A DNA stretch of 64,000 nucleotides, taken from assembly GCA_902517425.1 (NCBI GenBank), contig CABYCI010000001.1, positions 42,620 through 106,619 of the forward strand, read 5' to 3'. The stretch is from an uncultured SAR86 cluster bacterium. Its GTDB lineage: Bacteria; Pseudomonadota; Gammaproteobacteria; Magnimaribacterales; D2472. How positions within the stretch are numbered: the stretch's first letter is position 1; each line of letters begins with the position of its first letter. This document shows, one piece after another, positions 19,770-30,949 of this stretch. The notes under the pieces were generated by a model. It saw nothing but the letters and a program-made list of their open reading frames with translations. It did no database searches and was not told the DNA's origin. Made by a program: the position numbers and the translations under genes.

Positions 19770-21603
19770 TATTGATAAGACTATTTAAAACACTAATAGC
19801 TACTGGTCCTGCAACAGCACCACCACTTTCTCCATTCTCAATTACTACACTTACTGCGTATTTAGGATTTGGCATTGGAGCAAAGGCTATTATGATTGCG
19901 TGATCTCTTTGACCTTCTACTTCTCTTATAATTTGATAATCTTCTTTCGTTTCTGTACTAACAAGCTCAACAGTTCCTGATTTAGCAGCAACAGCATAAT
20001 TCTTTAAATCTCTTAATCTTCCAGCAGTTCCTTTAGGATTTTCTATTACTCCAATCATACTTTTATGAATATTTTTCCAATCATCATCTACAAGATTGTT
20101 ACTCATAAAAGTGTCTTCCTGTGTTGTATTAATATCTTGAATAAACGAAAACTTATTGAGGGTTCCTTTCTTTGCAAGAAAAGCAGAGTAATATGCAAGT
20201 TGAATTGGTGTAGCGCTTAAGTAGCCTTGACCGACTCCCATATTGACTGTGTCACCCTTGAACCATCCAAAATTAAGAGTATTCATTTTCCATTCAGGAT
20301 TTGGTAATAAACCATCATCAGGAATGAAACAATCTATACAAACATTCTTTCCAAAACCAAAATGAGACAAATGATTCACTAACTCATCAATTTCTGAGTT
20401 GTATGCCAATGAAAAAAAGAAAGTATTTGAGCTTTCAATGATTGCATCCATAAGATTGATATTTCCATGTCCTCCCTTCTTCCAACCTCTATATATTCTA
20501 TTATCTTCAGGAAGCACAAAAAAACCTGGATCGTCTATAGTATATTCCCAATCAATTATTTTATTTTCTAGCCCATATAGTCCAATAGCAGGTTTTATTG
20601 TTGACGCAGGTGAATATCTTCCTTGTCCAGCTCTATCAAAGAATGGTTTATCTTTATCATTAAGTAATTGGTTAAAATCTGCTTGTGACATTCCATTAGT
20701 AATTTTATTAATAGGAAATGATGGAGAGCTAACATATGTAACTATAGCGCCTGTTTCTATTTCAATTGCAACTACCGCACCTCTTCTTTTATCTAACTGT
20801 TCATATGCAATTATCTGACTACTTATATCAAGAGAGGTATATAGATCCTCTCCATTCTTGGCAGGTATTTCTTTTAACTCATTTAATAACTTTCCTGATG
20901 CATCAACCTCATAAATTTTTTTGCCAAAATATCCTCTAAGTTTTTTATCATAGGTATTTTCAAGACCAGTCTTGCCAACAATATAACCATTTGAGTACTT
21001 GAAAATTGTTTCTTTTGATCTAAGATTTTGATCATTAAGTATTTCTTCAAGAGAATCATCACCCAAACTCCCAACATATCCAACAGCATGTGAAAATATC
21101 TCTGAGTAAAGGTTCTCTCTTGAATACCTCTCATCAACAAAAGTAGCTGGAAATTTATATCTTCTTGATTCAAATTTAGCAATTTCTTCCATTGAAAGAT
21201 TTTTCTTTAAAACAAGCTCTCTATTTAATTTAGCTTTTCTTTTAAAATTTTCTTTTGTATATAAGGTATCTTCCTCAGATAATTCAATATAATTACCTAT
21301 CATTTCTATATGTTCATCGATATTATCAATTTGTGAGGGCTTCAAAATAAGATTGTAACTCGGTCGATTATTGACAATAATTTTTCTGTTTCTATCATAA
21401 ATAATTCCTCTTCTTGGTTGAATAAGAATCTCTCTTGTTTTATTTTCTAATGATGCAATTTCATAATCTGTAAAACTTGAAACTTGCAGAGAAAAGGTGC
21501 GATATAAAAAAAATAAAAAAAGCATACCAAAGAACAAATAAACAAAAACAAGTCTGTTAAAAAAATTTTTCTTTTCTATTATTGTTTCATTAAGATCAAT
21601 CAT
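19762..21603 (-). CDS. mrdA: Penicillin-binding protein 2 (elongasome transpeptidase)
   Basis: N-terminal anchor, RG.I.DRN, SxxK (STIKP), SxN (SSNTFF) and KSG (AKSGTVE) are present. Size is 613 aa. Confidence 0.92.
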   Translation of the reverse strand: MIDLNETIIEKKNFFNRLVFVYLFFGMLFLFFLYRTFSLQVSSFTDYEIASLENKTREILIQPRRGIIYDRNRKIIVNNRPSYNLILKPSQIDNIDEHIEMIGNYIELSEEDTLYTKENFKRKAKLNRELVLKKNLSMEEIAKFESRRYKFPATFVDERYSRENLYSEIFSHAVGYVGSLGDDSLEEILNDQNLRSKETIFKYSNGYIVGKTGLENTYDKKLRGYFGKKIYEVDASGKLLNELKEIPAKNGEDLYTSLDISSQIIAYEQLDKRRGAVVAIEIETGAIVTYVSSPSFPINKITNGMSQADFNQLLNDKDKPFFDRAGQGRYSPASTIKPAIGLYGLENKIIDWEYTIDDPGFFVLPEDNRIYRGWKKGGHGNINLMDAIIESSNTFFFSLAYNSEIDELVNHLSHFGFGKNVCIDCFIPDDGLLPNPEWKMNTLNFGWFKGDTVNMGVGQGYLSATPIQLAYYSAFLAKKGTLNKFSFIQDINTTQEDTFMSNNLVDDDWKNIHKSMIGVIENPKGTAGRLRDLKNYAVAAKSGTVELVSTETKEDYQIIREVEGQRDHAIIIAFAPMPNPKYAVSVVIENGESGGAVAGPVAISVLNSLINNE

Positions 21604-22064
21604 TTGTGATAAGGCATATTATTTATAATTGTATGTGATCGGTATATTTGTTCTACTAATAATAATCTAAATAACCTGTGAGGAAATGTAAATTGTGAAG
21701 CTGAAAAAACTTTGTCTGCCCTTTGTTTTACTTCAAGTGACAAACCAAATGAACCTCCAATAATAAATGAGACTGAAGTCATAGATGATTGGCACTTCAG
21801 AATAAAATTACTAAAATTTTTACTGGTTAAAGATTCTCCAGTAGAATCCCACGAGACAACATAATCATTTTTTGAAATCTTTGAAAGAATTAGACTCGAT
21901 TCTTTTTGAACAACTTCTTTTGTTGAATAATTTGGATTTTGTTGACTCTTTAAATTTATAAATTCTATACTTAAACTTTTTGGAAATTGTTTAGTATAGA
22001 ATTCAATACCTTTAGACTCCCATTGATTAAGCTTATTTCCAACACTAATAATCTTTATCAACAT
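21600..22064 (-). CDS. rlmH: 23S rRNA (pseudouridine1915-N3)-methyltransferase
   Basis: SPOUT blocks IIGGSFGLS and FPHRLFRLLLVEQIYRS are present. Size is 154 aa and it follows rsfS. Confidence 0.9.
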   Translation of the reverse strand: MLIKIISVGNKLNQWESKGIEFYTKQFPKSLSIEFINLKSQQNPNYSTKEVVQKESSLILSKISKNDYVVSWDSTGESLTSKNFSNFILKCQSSMTSVSFIIGGSFGLSLEVKQRADKVFSASQFTFPHRLFRLLLVEQIYRSHTIINNMPYHK

Positions 22065-22408
22065 TAATTAAATTTCTTTAAAAGACTGTTCTCTCCCCAA
22101 AGACCTTCCAAATCATAAAAGTCTCTTTGATCCTGTTTCATAATATTAACAACGATATCGCCACAATCTACAAGAATCCATCCAGAATCAAGCTCACCCT
22201 CGACCCCTATAACATTAATGTTATTTTTTTTAAGATGTTCTACTAGCTTTTGAGATACTGAAGCTGCATGTCTATTAGAATTTGCGGTCACAATTATTAT
22301 TTCATCAGCAAAAGAAGATATCTCTTTTACATTAAGGCATAGAATATTTTCAGCTTTGCTATTACTTAAACTGAAATTACATATTTTAGAAAGGTTGTTA
22401 TTAGACAA
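22064..22408 (-). CDS. rsfS: Ribosomal silencing factor
   Basis: FADEIIIVTANSNRHAASV, WILVDCGDIVVNIM and R.FYDLE.LW are RsfS/YbeB blocks. Confidence 0.9.
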   Translation of the reverse strand: MSNNNLSKICNFSLSNSKAENILCLNVKEISSFADEIIIVTANSNRHAASVSQKLVEHLKKNNINVIGVEGELDSGWILVDCGDIVVNIMKQDQRDFYDLEGLWGENSLLKKFN

Positions 22409-22480
22409 AATTAAGTAAATATTATTAATATAATAGTAATTGATATACTAAATCATAATTGTTTAAAAAGGTAAGTAATT

Positions 22481-22906
22481 TTGGAAATAAACTTCTTTGA
22501 TACAGCTAACGAATTCTTCTCAAGTTACAAAACATATATATTTTGGTTAGGAGTAGTCTCTCTTTTAATTTTTATTTTTAGTCTTATCAGCATACGATGG
22601 CTGGTAACTTTAATACCAAGTGATTATTTTACTAATAAAGGCACTTCAGAGTTTAAAAAAAGATACCCACTGACATGGCTTTTTTCAATTATGATAAAAA
22701 ATATAATTGGTTACGCATTAATTTTGGGAGGATTGCTAATGTTGGTTCTTCCAGGTCAAGGTCTATTTACAATTTTTATAGGCTTGATATTAAGCAATTA
22801 CCCGGGTAAATATAAGTTAGAAAGAAAATTAATATCAATTCCAAGTATATTTAAAATGGTGAATTGGTTAAGAGATAAATCTAACAAACCTCCACTAGAT
22901 ATTTAA
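22481..22906 (+). CDS. Small integral membrane protein, function unknown
   Basis: Three or four hydrophobic helices, including a LMLVLPGQGLFTIFIGL segment. The start codon is TTG. No diagnostic motif was recognised. Confidence 0.4.
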   Translation: MEINFFDTANEFFSSYKTYIFWLGVVSLLIFIFSLISIRWLVTLIPSDYFTNKGTSEFKKRYPLTWLFSIMIKNIIGYALILGGLLMLVLPGQGLFTIFIGLILSNYPGKYKLERKLISIPSIFKMVNWLRDKSNKPPLDI

Positions 22907-22909
22907 TTT

Positions 22910-23500
22910 TTAGTTTGACGAAATCTCATCAATATATTTTGAAAGAATAGAAAACCTTTGCGAGGCATCAAATGCTTCTAATAGGTTTTGTTTATGCGTC
23001 CAGGGTATTGGTATAAGTCCAGCAAGATGATAAGCAACAGAGTCGGCAGAATTAAAGTCAACATTAATAGACATATTCGCTATTCTTGGATGTTTTATTA
23101 ATTGCGAGAGAATATTTGAAATTTCTGGAAATTCAGCTAATAAAGCTTGGTCATCAACTTCAGGGTCTACTATGGGATAGGTTGCAGCTAAATTAAGACC
23201 ATCCTCAAGCTTAACTATATCTTTAATAGATACTTTATTAATAGATTTTACTGTTATCCCAAGAAGACCATTAGGTAAATTATTAAAATCGATTATTTCT
23301 ACATATGTGCCCTGTTTTGAAATTTCGTAATCGTCTTTATTAGATAATTTTTTTTGAAAGGTCATGACAAAACCATGATCATTTTCCATGCAATTTTTAA
23401 CCATATCTATGTATCTTGGTTCAAAAATTTGAAGATCTTGAATTGTTCCTGGAAGAGCAACTATACCCAATGGGAAAATGGGTAAATTATTTGTTTTCAA
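22910..23500 (-). CDS. Lon N-terminal (substrate-binding, PUA-like) domain-only protein
   Basis: LPIFPLGIVALPGTIQDLQIFEPRYIDMV is the canonical LON N-domain opening. At 196 aa it has no ATPase or protease part. It overlaps mpl by 14 bp. Confidence 0.75.
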   Translation of the reverse strand: MKTNNLPIFPLGIVALPGTIQDLQIFEPRYIDMVKNCMENDHGFVMTFQKKLSNKDDYEISKQGTYVEIIDFNNLPNGLLGITVKSINKVSIKDIVKLEDGLNLAATYPIVDPEVDDQALLAEFPEISNILSQLIKHPRIANMSINVDFNSADSVAYHLAGLIPIPWTHKQNLLEAFDASQRFSILSKYIDEISSN

Positions 23501-24782
23501 TGTAACTCATAATTGGTTGTATAAATTTTTGGCTATCTTTATTGGTCATTACTAAAATAATATCATAATCAAAAATTGTTTCCTTAAGCTTTGAAGCTAA
23601 TGATTCAATTGAATTAAAGGAATTTGTATATTGATATATCTGCTTGTGATCAAGTAAAAAAGTTTGATCAAGCAATTCAAATGAATCAATGAAATTCTTA
23701 TGAAAGCCTGATGACATTGTATTTGATCCAAGCTCAATAATACCTAATATTTTTTTATCTAAATATTTTTCTCTAATTGCTTCACAAGATAGTCTTATTG
23801 CGGTCGGATGATGAGCAAAATCATCATATACTTTTATACCTGAAGCATCCACTACCAACTCCATTCTTCTTCTGACGCCTTTAAAGGTTTTTAATGACTC
23901 AATTGAGTCATTAATTAACACACCATCGAGTTTTGCTGCAAGAATTGCAGAAATATAATTCTTAAAATTATGCTTACCTATTAATGGTAACTCTTTAAGT
24001 GAAAACTTCTTTTTATCTACCTCTAACTCCATTAATTTGAAATCTGTTTTTATTGAGTGAGAATTAATCTCTATTTTATTGCACCACAAACCATCCTTGA
24101 TAAGATCAGAACTGTTTTTATCATCTTTAAAGTAAATAATATTTCCTGAACTTGGAACAATCTTTATAAGATGGTGAAATTGTTTTTTTATGTCATTAAT
24201 ATCATCAAAAATATCAGCATGGTCAAATTCAATATTATTTATAACTAGGTTGTTTGGTGAGTAATGTATAAATTTAGATCGTTTGTCAAAAAAAGCTGAA
24301 TCATACTCATCAGCTTCTATAACAAAAGATTTATCTGTGCCAAGCTTTGCAGAATTTTCAAAATTTTTAGAAATACCTCCAATTAAGAATCCGATGTCTT
24401 TCCCTTGATTTTCTAAGATATGAGCAAGCATATAAGAAGTGGTAGTTTTTCCATGAGTTCCCGATACAGCAAAAACATTTCTATTTTTAAGCTCTTTCCC
24501 TAACATCTCAGGCCCTGAGACAAATGGTAATTTTTTATCTAAAATCTCTTCAATGCACTCATTACCTCTTGATAACGCATTGCCAACGACGTAAAGATCA
24601 GCCTTTGGTAATTGGTCTTTTTGATACCCTTGAGTTGTTTCTATACCTATCTTCTCAAGATAGTCTGACATGGGGGGATAATATTGAATATCTGATCCTG
24701 AAACTTTATGTCCAGACTCCTTTAAGATTTGAGCTAACCCAGCCATAAAGGTTCCACAAACACCTAGGATATGTATTCTCAT
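23487..24782 (-). CDS. mpl: UDP-N-acetylmuramate:L-Ala-gamma-D-Glu-meso-DAP ligase (murein peptide ligase)
   Basis: MRIHILGVCGTFMAGLA, SGTHGKTTT, EADEYDSAFFDKRSKF and DDFAHHPTAI track E. coli Mpl block for block. Confidence 0.9.
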   Translation of the reverse strand: MRIHILGVCGTFMAGLAQILKESGHKVSGSDIQYYPPMSDYLEKIGIETTQGYQKDQLPKADLYVVGNALSRGNECIEEILDKKLPFVSGPEMLGKELKNRNVFAVSGTHGKTTTSYMLAHILENQGKDIGFLIGGISKNFENSAKLGTDKSFVIEADEYDSAFFDKRSKFIHYSPNNLVINNIEFDHADIFDDINDIKKQFHHLIKIVPSSGNIIYFKDDKNSSDLIKDGLWCNKIEINSHSIKTDFKLMELEVDKKKFSLKELPLIGKHNFKNYISAILAAKLDGVLINDSIESLKTFKGVRRRMELVVDASGIKVYDDFAHHPTAIRLSCEAIREKYLDKKILGIIELGSNTMSSGFHKNFIDSFELLDQTFLLDHKQIYQYTNSFNSIESLASKLKETIFDYDIILVMTNKDSQKFIQPIMSYIENK

Positions 24783-24834
24783 ATTAGTTATAATACGATA
24801 CTTGAATTTTATTCAAAGTATAAGCGGGGAAATA

Positions 24835-26091
24835 ATGAAAAAAAATGCTTTTTATGCACAATCAGGAGGTGTTACTTCGGTAATAAATTCTACTGCTGCT
24901 GCTTTAATTTTGGAGGCTAAAAAATATAAATCTAAAATTGGGAAAGTGTATGCAGGAAAAAATGGAATCCTCGGTGCATTAAGAGAGGAACTTATTGATA
25001 CATCAAAAGAAAGCATAACAGCCATCGAATCCTTGAAAGCTCGACCAGGTGGCGCTTTTGGATCTTGCAGATTAAAACTAAAAAATCTTGATGAAAATAA
25101 AAGAGAGTATGAAAGACTTGTCGAAGTTTTTAAAGCTCATAATATTGGTTATTTTTTTTATAATGGAGGAAACGATTCAGCAGATACTGCATATAAAGTT
25201 TCCCAAATTAGTAAAAAATTAGGGTATCCCATCAATTGTATTGCTATACCTAAAACTGTTGATAATGATTTAGCAATTACAGATTGTTGTCCTGGATTCG
25301 GATCTGCTGCTAAATATATTGCAATTTCAACTATGGAAGCAGCTTTGGATGTTGAATCAATGTCAGAAACTTCTACTAAGGTCTTTATCCTTGAAGTGAT
25401 GGGTCGAAATGCAGGCTGGATGGCTGCCTCCTCTGCTCTAGCCAAAAACTCTTCAACCGATGCACCTCACATAATCCTTCTTCCCGAAGTCACTTTTAAT
25501 CAACATAAATTTTTATCTAAAGTAAAAAGCATAGTAAAGACCAAAGGATACTGTGTAGTTGTTGCTTCAGAAGGTGTAAAAAATAGCAAAGGAAAGTTCT
25601 TGGCTGAATCAGATCGAAAAGATGCCTTTGGTCACGCCCAGCTTGGTGGAGTGGCGCCATACCTTTCATCATTGATAAATTCTAAACTTAAACTAAAGAA
25701 TCATTGGGCAGTATCAGATTATCTACAAAGAAGCGCTCGTCATATTGCATCAAAAACTGATCTCCTTCATGCTGAGGCAGTTGGAATTCATGCAGTTAGA
25801 TATGCAATCAAAGGCATGAATGGTGTTATGCCTGTTATTGTTAGAGGCAAGAGTGATAAATACACTTGGAGTATAAAGCCAGCATCTCTATCAAAAATAG
25901 CTAATGTCGAAAAGAAACTTCCTAAGTCTTTTATAACAAAAGATGGGTTTAATGTGAATGCCAGAGCAATAAAATATCTACAGCCTCTGATTTTGGGAGA
26001 AGCTTACCCAAAATTTTTTAATGGAATACCAAAATTAGAAAAATTAAAGTTAATTGAAGTTGAGAAAAAACTGCCAAAATGGAAACTTTAG
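24835..26091 (+). CDS. Phosphofructokinase family A; probably pyrophosphate-dependent
   Basis: YAQSGGVTSVIN, PKTVDNDL and MGRNAGWMA are PFK-A blocks. The GGDGS site reads GGNDS. The start is moved to ATG 24835, behind GGGGA, instead of TTG 24802. Confidence 0.82.
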   Translation: MKKNAFYAQSGGVTSVINSTAAALILEAKKYKSKIGKVYAGKNGILGALREELIDTSKESITAIESLKARPGGAFGSCRLKLKNLDENKREYERLVEVFKAHNIGYFFYNGGNDSADTAYKVSQISKKLGYPINCIAIPKTVDNDLAITDCCPGFGSAAKYIAISTMEAALDVESMSETSTKVFILEVMGRNAGWMAASSALAKNSSTDAPHIILLPEVTFNQHKFLSKVKSIVKTKGYCVVVASEGVKNSKGKFLAESDRKDAFGHAQLGGVAPYLSSLINSKLKLKNHWAVSDYLQRSARHIASKTDLLHAEAVGIHAVRYAIKGMNGVMPVIVRGKSDKYTWSIKPASLSKIANVEKKLPKSFITKDGFNVNARAIKYLQPLILGEAYPKFFNGIPKLEKLKLIEVEKKLPKWKL

Positions 26092-26573
26092 TAGATTTTT
26101 AGATTAAGACTTTCAATGATACTTGTAATTTCATCTTTTAAGATTTTTTTATCATCTTCGTTCAAAAATTCTCCGATAAAAATGTCTTCGCCTTTTGATC
26201 TAAAACTTAATCGAATAGTCTTATCTTTTTCTTTTTTTATTTTAAAGTAAGTGAATGTTCTGAACTCTTTCCATGAATATTCAGCTTTATTTATACCTCT
26301 TTCAACTTTCACAATATCTTGCGAAATATAAATTTTTTCTTTCTTGCTGCTCCACTTAAAACTTAAATAGAATGCAACGAATAGAATACTTAGTTCGAGC
26401 CCTGCAAATGGAAGTATTAAAGCTGCTCCTAAAAAATAGAATATTACCCCAATCCCACCGCATACTAACGTGATGCTTGCTAAAAAAATAATTCTATATA
26501 TGCCAACTAAAGAACTATTTGGGCTAAGTGATATTAAATAATCGGAATCATTAACTTTTTCAACTGTTACCAA
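26088..26573 (-). CDS. Two-helix membrane protein (DUF2244-like)
   Basis: LSPNSSL followed by two TM helices and a Lys-rich soluble tail resembles the DUF2244 pattern (PNRSL...two TM) as I remember it. No function can be assigned. Confidence 0.4.
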   Translation of the reverse strand: MVTVEKVNDSDYLISLSPNSSLVGIYRIIFLASITLVCGGIGVIFYFLGAALILPFAGLELSILFVAFYLSFKWSSKKEKIYISQDIVKVERGINKAEYSWKEFRTFTYFKIKKEKDKTIRLSFRSKGEDIFIGEFLNEDDKKILKDEITSIIESLNLKIY

Positions 26574-26597
26574 TTTTATATAATCCTTATGTAATTA

Positions 26598-28844
26598 TTA
26601 GTCTGCTTGAGATATTTTTAATTCTTCAGTAAGTCTTTCTATATTGATTAACTTACCAACTTTTTTTCCTCTTTTAGCTCTTGAAAGAATATATTCAAAC
26701 CAATCTTTTGGTTTAAGAGAAACAAATCTTTTACCTACCTCGATTCTAAGAGAGCTATCATTTGCTAAAAGTTGTGCATGTGCCATGAATTCTTCACCAC
26801 TCGCAAGCTTGTCTTTGGGTATATTAATAATTTTGTTGCCTTTCCCTTTGCCGAGAATAGGTAGCTCACCAATTTCAAATATGAGGAGTTTGCCAATGTT
26901 TGAAACAGCAGCGATATGCGTATGATCCTCTCTTACTGGAATAGCTTTTAGCATTTGGGCATTTTCTGGTAATTTCATAAATGCTCTTCCTGACTTCTTA
27001 TTAGAAGTCATATTTTCATATGAAGATATATACCCATATCCTCCTGAGTTCATTATTAGGAATTTATCTTGGTCTTTTCCGATAACTGAAGAAATGAATT
27101 GAACACCCGAATCAGCATTCAGTCTTCCTGTTATTGGCTCACCCATTCCTCTTGCAGAAGGAAGAGAGTGGCTAGGTATAGAATAAGCTTTTCCATTTGA
27201 ATCTAAAAATACTGCAAGTTGATTGCTCTTACCTCTAGCAAAATCCTGTAAAGAATCATCTCCTCTGTAAGATAATGAAGTAGGATCAATTTCGTGTCCT
27301 TTTGCACTCCTAATCCAACCAGCCTTTGAAAGCACCACTGTAATGGATTCAGTGACTATAGTATCTTCTTCAGAAAAAACTTTTGCATTAGAAGATTCTA
27401 TTATTGGAGATTTTCTATCTTCTCCAAAATTTTCTTTTATTTCTAGCAATTCATTTTTAATAAGAGTCTTTAATCTAGTCTTCGATTTCAGTATTTTTTC
27501 AATATCATCTTGCTCATTTACTAACTCGTCTCTTTCATTTTGAAGTTTAATTTGTTCGAGCTTCGCTAGTTGCCTCAACTTAATTTCTAAGATTGCATTC
27601 GCCTGAATTTCCGATAATTTAAATATTTTTATAATATCTTTCTTAGGTTCATCTGACTGTCTAATTATCTTTATAACTTTATCTATATCAATAAAGATTG
27701 TTAATAAGCCTTCTAAAATATGAAGTCTGTCGTTTACTTGATCAAGTCTATGTTCAAGTTTCCTTCTAACAGTATCCTTTCTAAATACTACCCATTCTTT
27801 TAATAAATCAACTAATGAAAATACTTTTGGGCCACCTTTTAATGAAATAAGATTCATATTAATTCTGTACGACTTTTGAAGATCTGTTGAAGCAAATAAA
27901 TGATTCATTAGATCTTCAACATTTACCCTATTTGATTTAAGCGTAATAGCTAACCTTATAGGGAATTCATGATCCCCTTCATCAGCCAAATCAATAACCA
28001 TCGGCAGTTTTTTATTAAGCATTTGTTCAGCGATCTGTTCTAAAATTTTTGATCCAGATGCTTGATAAGGCAATGCATTAATAATTATTTGGTTCTTCTC
28101 TTGTTCCCAATTTGCTTGAATTTTAAAGCCCCCCCTACCTGAAAGGTACATTTCTTCAAGCTCCTCTTTACTGGCTATAATTGAAGATTCGTTTGAGAAA
28201 TCTGGGCCATTTATAATCTTTAAAATATCTTTTAGTTCTGATTTGGGTTTATCAAGAATACTTATTGTTGCATCAATGACTTCATTGATATTATGTGATG
28301 GTATATCAGTTGCCATTCCAACAGCGATACCTGAAGTCCCATTTAATAAAATCATTGGTATTTTTGATGGGAAAATTACAGGTTCTAAAAGTGATCCATC
28401 AAAGTTGGGTTGCCAATCAACAGTTCCGGATTTTAATTCAGAGATAAGAAGATTTGCAAAGCTTGTAAGTTTTGACTCTGTATATCTCATTGCTGCAAAT
28501 GATTTTGGATCGTCTTGTGATCCCCAGTTTCCTTGTCCATCAACTAAAGGATATTTAAACGAAAAATTTTGTGCCATTAGCACCATTGCCTCATATGCAG
28601 CACTGTCTCCATGCGGATGAAATTTTCCAATAACATCACCCACAGTTCTTGCTGATTTTTTATATTTAGATGATGCATCTAGCCCTAATTCAGACATAGC
28701 ATATAAGATTCTTCTTTGAACAGGCTTTAAACCATCACCGATATTTGGAAGGGCTCTATCAAGAATTACATACATAGCATAGTTGAGATAAGACTCTTCA
28801 GCATACTTCTTTAAACTTATTGAATTGAACTTGTCATTTGCCAT
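26598..28844 (-). CDS. parC: DNA topoisomerase IV subunit A
   Basis: [35 protein letters not shown] and [10 protein letters not shown] (catalytic Tyr) are present. At 748 aa it has ParC size rather than GyrA size, and it lies directly after parE. Confidence 0.93.
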   Translation of the reverse strand: MANDKFNSISLKKYAEESYLNYAMYVILDRALPNIGDGLKPVQRRILYAMSELGLDASSKYKKSARTVGDVIGKFHPHGDSAAYEAMVLMAQNFSFKYPLVDGQGNWGSQDDPKSFAAMRYTESKLTSFANLLISELKSGTVDWQPNFDGSLLEPVIFPSKIPMILLNGTSGIAVGMATDIPSHNINEVIDATISILDKPKSELKDILKIINGPDFSNESSIIASKEELEEMYLSGRGGFKIQANWEQEKNQIIINALPYQASGSKILEQIAEQMLNKKLPMVIDLADEGDHEFPIRLAITLKSNRVNVEDLMNHLFASTDLQKSYRINMNLISLKGGPKVFSLVDLLKEWVVFRKDTVRRKLEHRLDQVNDRLHILEGLLTIFIDIDKVIKIIRQSDEPKKDIIKIFKLSEIQANAILEIKLRQLAKLEQIKLQNERDELVNEQDDIEKILKSKTRLKTLIKNELLEIKENFGEDRKSPIIESSNAKVFSEEDTIVTESITVVLSKAGWIRSAKGHEIDPTSLSYRGDDSLQDFARGKSNQLAVFLDSNGKAYSIPSHSLPSARGMGEPITGRLNADSGVQFISSVIGKDQDKFLIMNSGGYGYISSYENMTSNKKSGRAFMKLPENAQMLKAIPVREDHTHIAAVSNIGKLLIFEIGELPILGKGKGNKIINIPKDKLASGEEFMAHAQLLANDSSLRIEVGKRFVSLKPKDWFEYILSRAKRGKKVGKLINIERLTEELKISQAD

Positions 28845-28848
28845 GTAT

Positions 28849-30741
28849 TTACACCCTCACTAATGAACCTTTTTTTTCAAGCCATTCTTTTCTTGCAGGA
28901 GCATTCTTTTTAGAAAGAAGAAGGTCCATCATTGCATTTGCATTATCTGTTGCTGATATTGACAATCTTACCAATTGTCTCGTTTGAGGATCCATAACAG
29001 TCTCTCTTAACTGGGATGGATTCATTTCACCCAAACCTTTAAATCTTTGAATATTAATTTTTGGCTTTCCTTTTTTATTTTTAAAATCTTTTACCGCTTT
29101 ATCTTTTTGTGTTTCATCTAATGCATATATAACTTCTTTCCCACAATCTATTCTATAAAGTGGAGGCATTGCTATAAATATTCTTCCCTCTTGAACAAGA
29201 TTCCTAAAATGTCTTAAAAAAAGTGCACAAAGTAAAGTTGCTATATGAAGACCATCAGAATCTGCATCAGCTAAAATACATATTTTCCCATATCTAAGAG
29301 ATGAAATATCTGCATTACCTGGTAAAACTCCTATTGCGGTTGAAAGATTTTTTATCTCTTGAGACTTAATTATTTCATCGCTTTCAAGATCCCATGTATT
29401 AAGTATTTTTCCTCTTAATGGCATTATTGCTTGAAAAGACCTTTCTCTTGCTTGTTTTGCTGAGCCTCCTGCAGAATCACCTTCAACGAGAAATAATTCA
29501 GTTTCATTTAAATCTTCGCTATTACAATCTGATAACTTTCCTGGCAATGCAGGCCCTTTAAAGGTTTTCTTTCTTTCGACTGTACTTGATGCTTTTGCTC
29601 TTGCTTGGGCAGAAATTATTGCAAGTTCTGCAATTTTTTCACCCTCTTCTGTGTGTTTGTTGAACCAAATACTTAGAATATCTTTTGTTGAAGTACTTAC
29701 AAATGACATATGATCTTTAGAATCAAGTCTCTCTTTGGTCTGTCCAGCAAATTGAGGATTTTGCATTTTTGAAGATACAACAAAAATAGCATTTGTAATA
29801 ACATCTTCTGCATTTAGTTTTAAGCCTTTTGGAAGAAGACTTCTGTAATCACAAAACTCTTTTAGTGCTTCTAATAGTCCAGATTTGAAACCATTAAGAT
29901 GAGAGCCACCTTGTGCTGTAGGTATTAAATTTACATAAGTCTCATCAAGCTTATTTTTTGATGGTTTGTTTGACCAATTTATTACAAATTCTACTTCTTG
30001 TGCATCAGAGTCCTTTGAAGATAAGATTGATTCCTCAAGAATCAAATCAATCCCCTCTGAAGCATCTTCAAGATAACTTTTTAATCCATCCTCATAAAAC
30101 CATTTTATTTTTTCTTTCTTTTTTTCATAATGAAAGTCAATAGTCAGTCCTGGACATAAAACAGCTTTTGCTTTTAAAAGATGCTTGAGCTCCTTTAAAT
30201 TAATCTGATCTGATTCAAAGTATTTTGAGTTAGGCTTGAACTTTATAGTGGTTCCACTATTTCTAACACCAACATCTCCAACAACTTTCAATTCACTTTT
30301 TTTGTCTCCATTATCAAAATGCATTTCATGTTCTTTAGAATCTCTTCTTATATTTACTTGAAGTGAATCTGATAAAGCATTTACAACTGATACTCCAACA
30401 CCATGCAAACCTCCAGAAAAACTATATTCATCACCGGAAAATTTAGCTCCTGCATGCAATTTACATAAAATTAATTCTACGCCACTTACCTTATGTTCCG
30501 GATGAATATCAACTGGCATTCCTCTTCCATCATCACTTACTTTGATATAACCATTTTTTTCAATTTTTATTTTGATATTTGAACAATGCCCCGCTATTGC
30601 TTCATCAACTGAATTATCAAGCACTTCTTGAATCAAATGATTTGGACACGAAGTATCGGTATACATACCAGGTCTTTTTCTTACAGGATCTAATCCAGAA
30701 AGAACTTCTATTGCTTTTGAGTCGTATGTATTCTTGGCCAA
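28849..30741 (-). CDS. parE: DNA topoisomerase IV subunit B
   Basis: [45 protein letters not shown] and [11 protein letters not shown] are present. At 630 aa it lacks the GyrB insertion. Confidence 0.93.
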   Translation of the reverse strand: MAKNTYDSKAIEVLSGLDPVRKRPGMYTDTSCPNHLIQEVLDNSVDEAIAGHCSNIKIKIEKNGYIKVSDDGRGMPVDIHPEHKVSGVELILCKLHAGAKFSGDEYSFSGGLHGVGVSVVNALSDSLQVNIRRDSKEHEMHFDNGDKKSELKVVGDVGVRNSGTTIKFKPNSKYFESDQINLKELKHLLKAKAVLCPGLTIDFHYEKKKEKIKWFYEDGLKSYLEDASEGIDLILEESILSSKDSDAQEVEFVINWSNKPSKNKLDETYVNLIPTAQGGSHLNGFKSGLLEALKEFCDYRSLLPKGLKLNAEDVITNAIFVVSSKMQNPQFAGQTKERLDSKDHMSFVSTSTKDILSIWFNKHTEEGEKIAELAIISAQARAKASSTVERKKTFKGPALPGKLSDCNSEDLNETELFLVEGDSAGGSAKQARERSFQAIMPLRGKILNTWDLESDEIIKSQEIKNLSTAIGVLPGNADISSLRYGKICILADADSDGLHIATLLCALFLRHFRNLVQEGRIFIAMPPLYRIDCGKEVIYALDETQKDKAVKDFKNKKGKPKINIQRFKGLGEMNPSQLRETVMDPQTRQLVRLSISATDNANAMMDLLLSKKNAPARKEWLEKKGSLVRV

Positions 30742-30949
30742 ATTAATCTGCCTTTTGAATTAATCTATAAAAACTTTCTCTAATATAGTTTTTCATTAAA
30801 GTCTTTTAATAACTAATTTATTCTACTCTAAACAAATAAGGAAAGATGTTTTATTTAAACTTTTTAGATAATTTTATTGTCATATGTATAATTAGAATCT
30901 TGGTTGATTTCTATAATGTTTACACTGCACACATTAAATGGGTTAAAAT

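Noticed and set aside
26598-30741. Alternative call of these two genes as gyrA/gyrB
   Set aside because: Their sizes (748 and 630 aa) and the absence of the GyrB insertion and the GyrA-box-length C-terminal domain fit ParC/ParE. The sequences track E. coli ParC/ParE blocks, and tolC lies divergently alongside as in E. coli.
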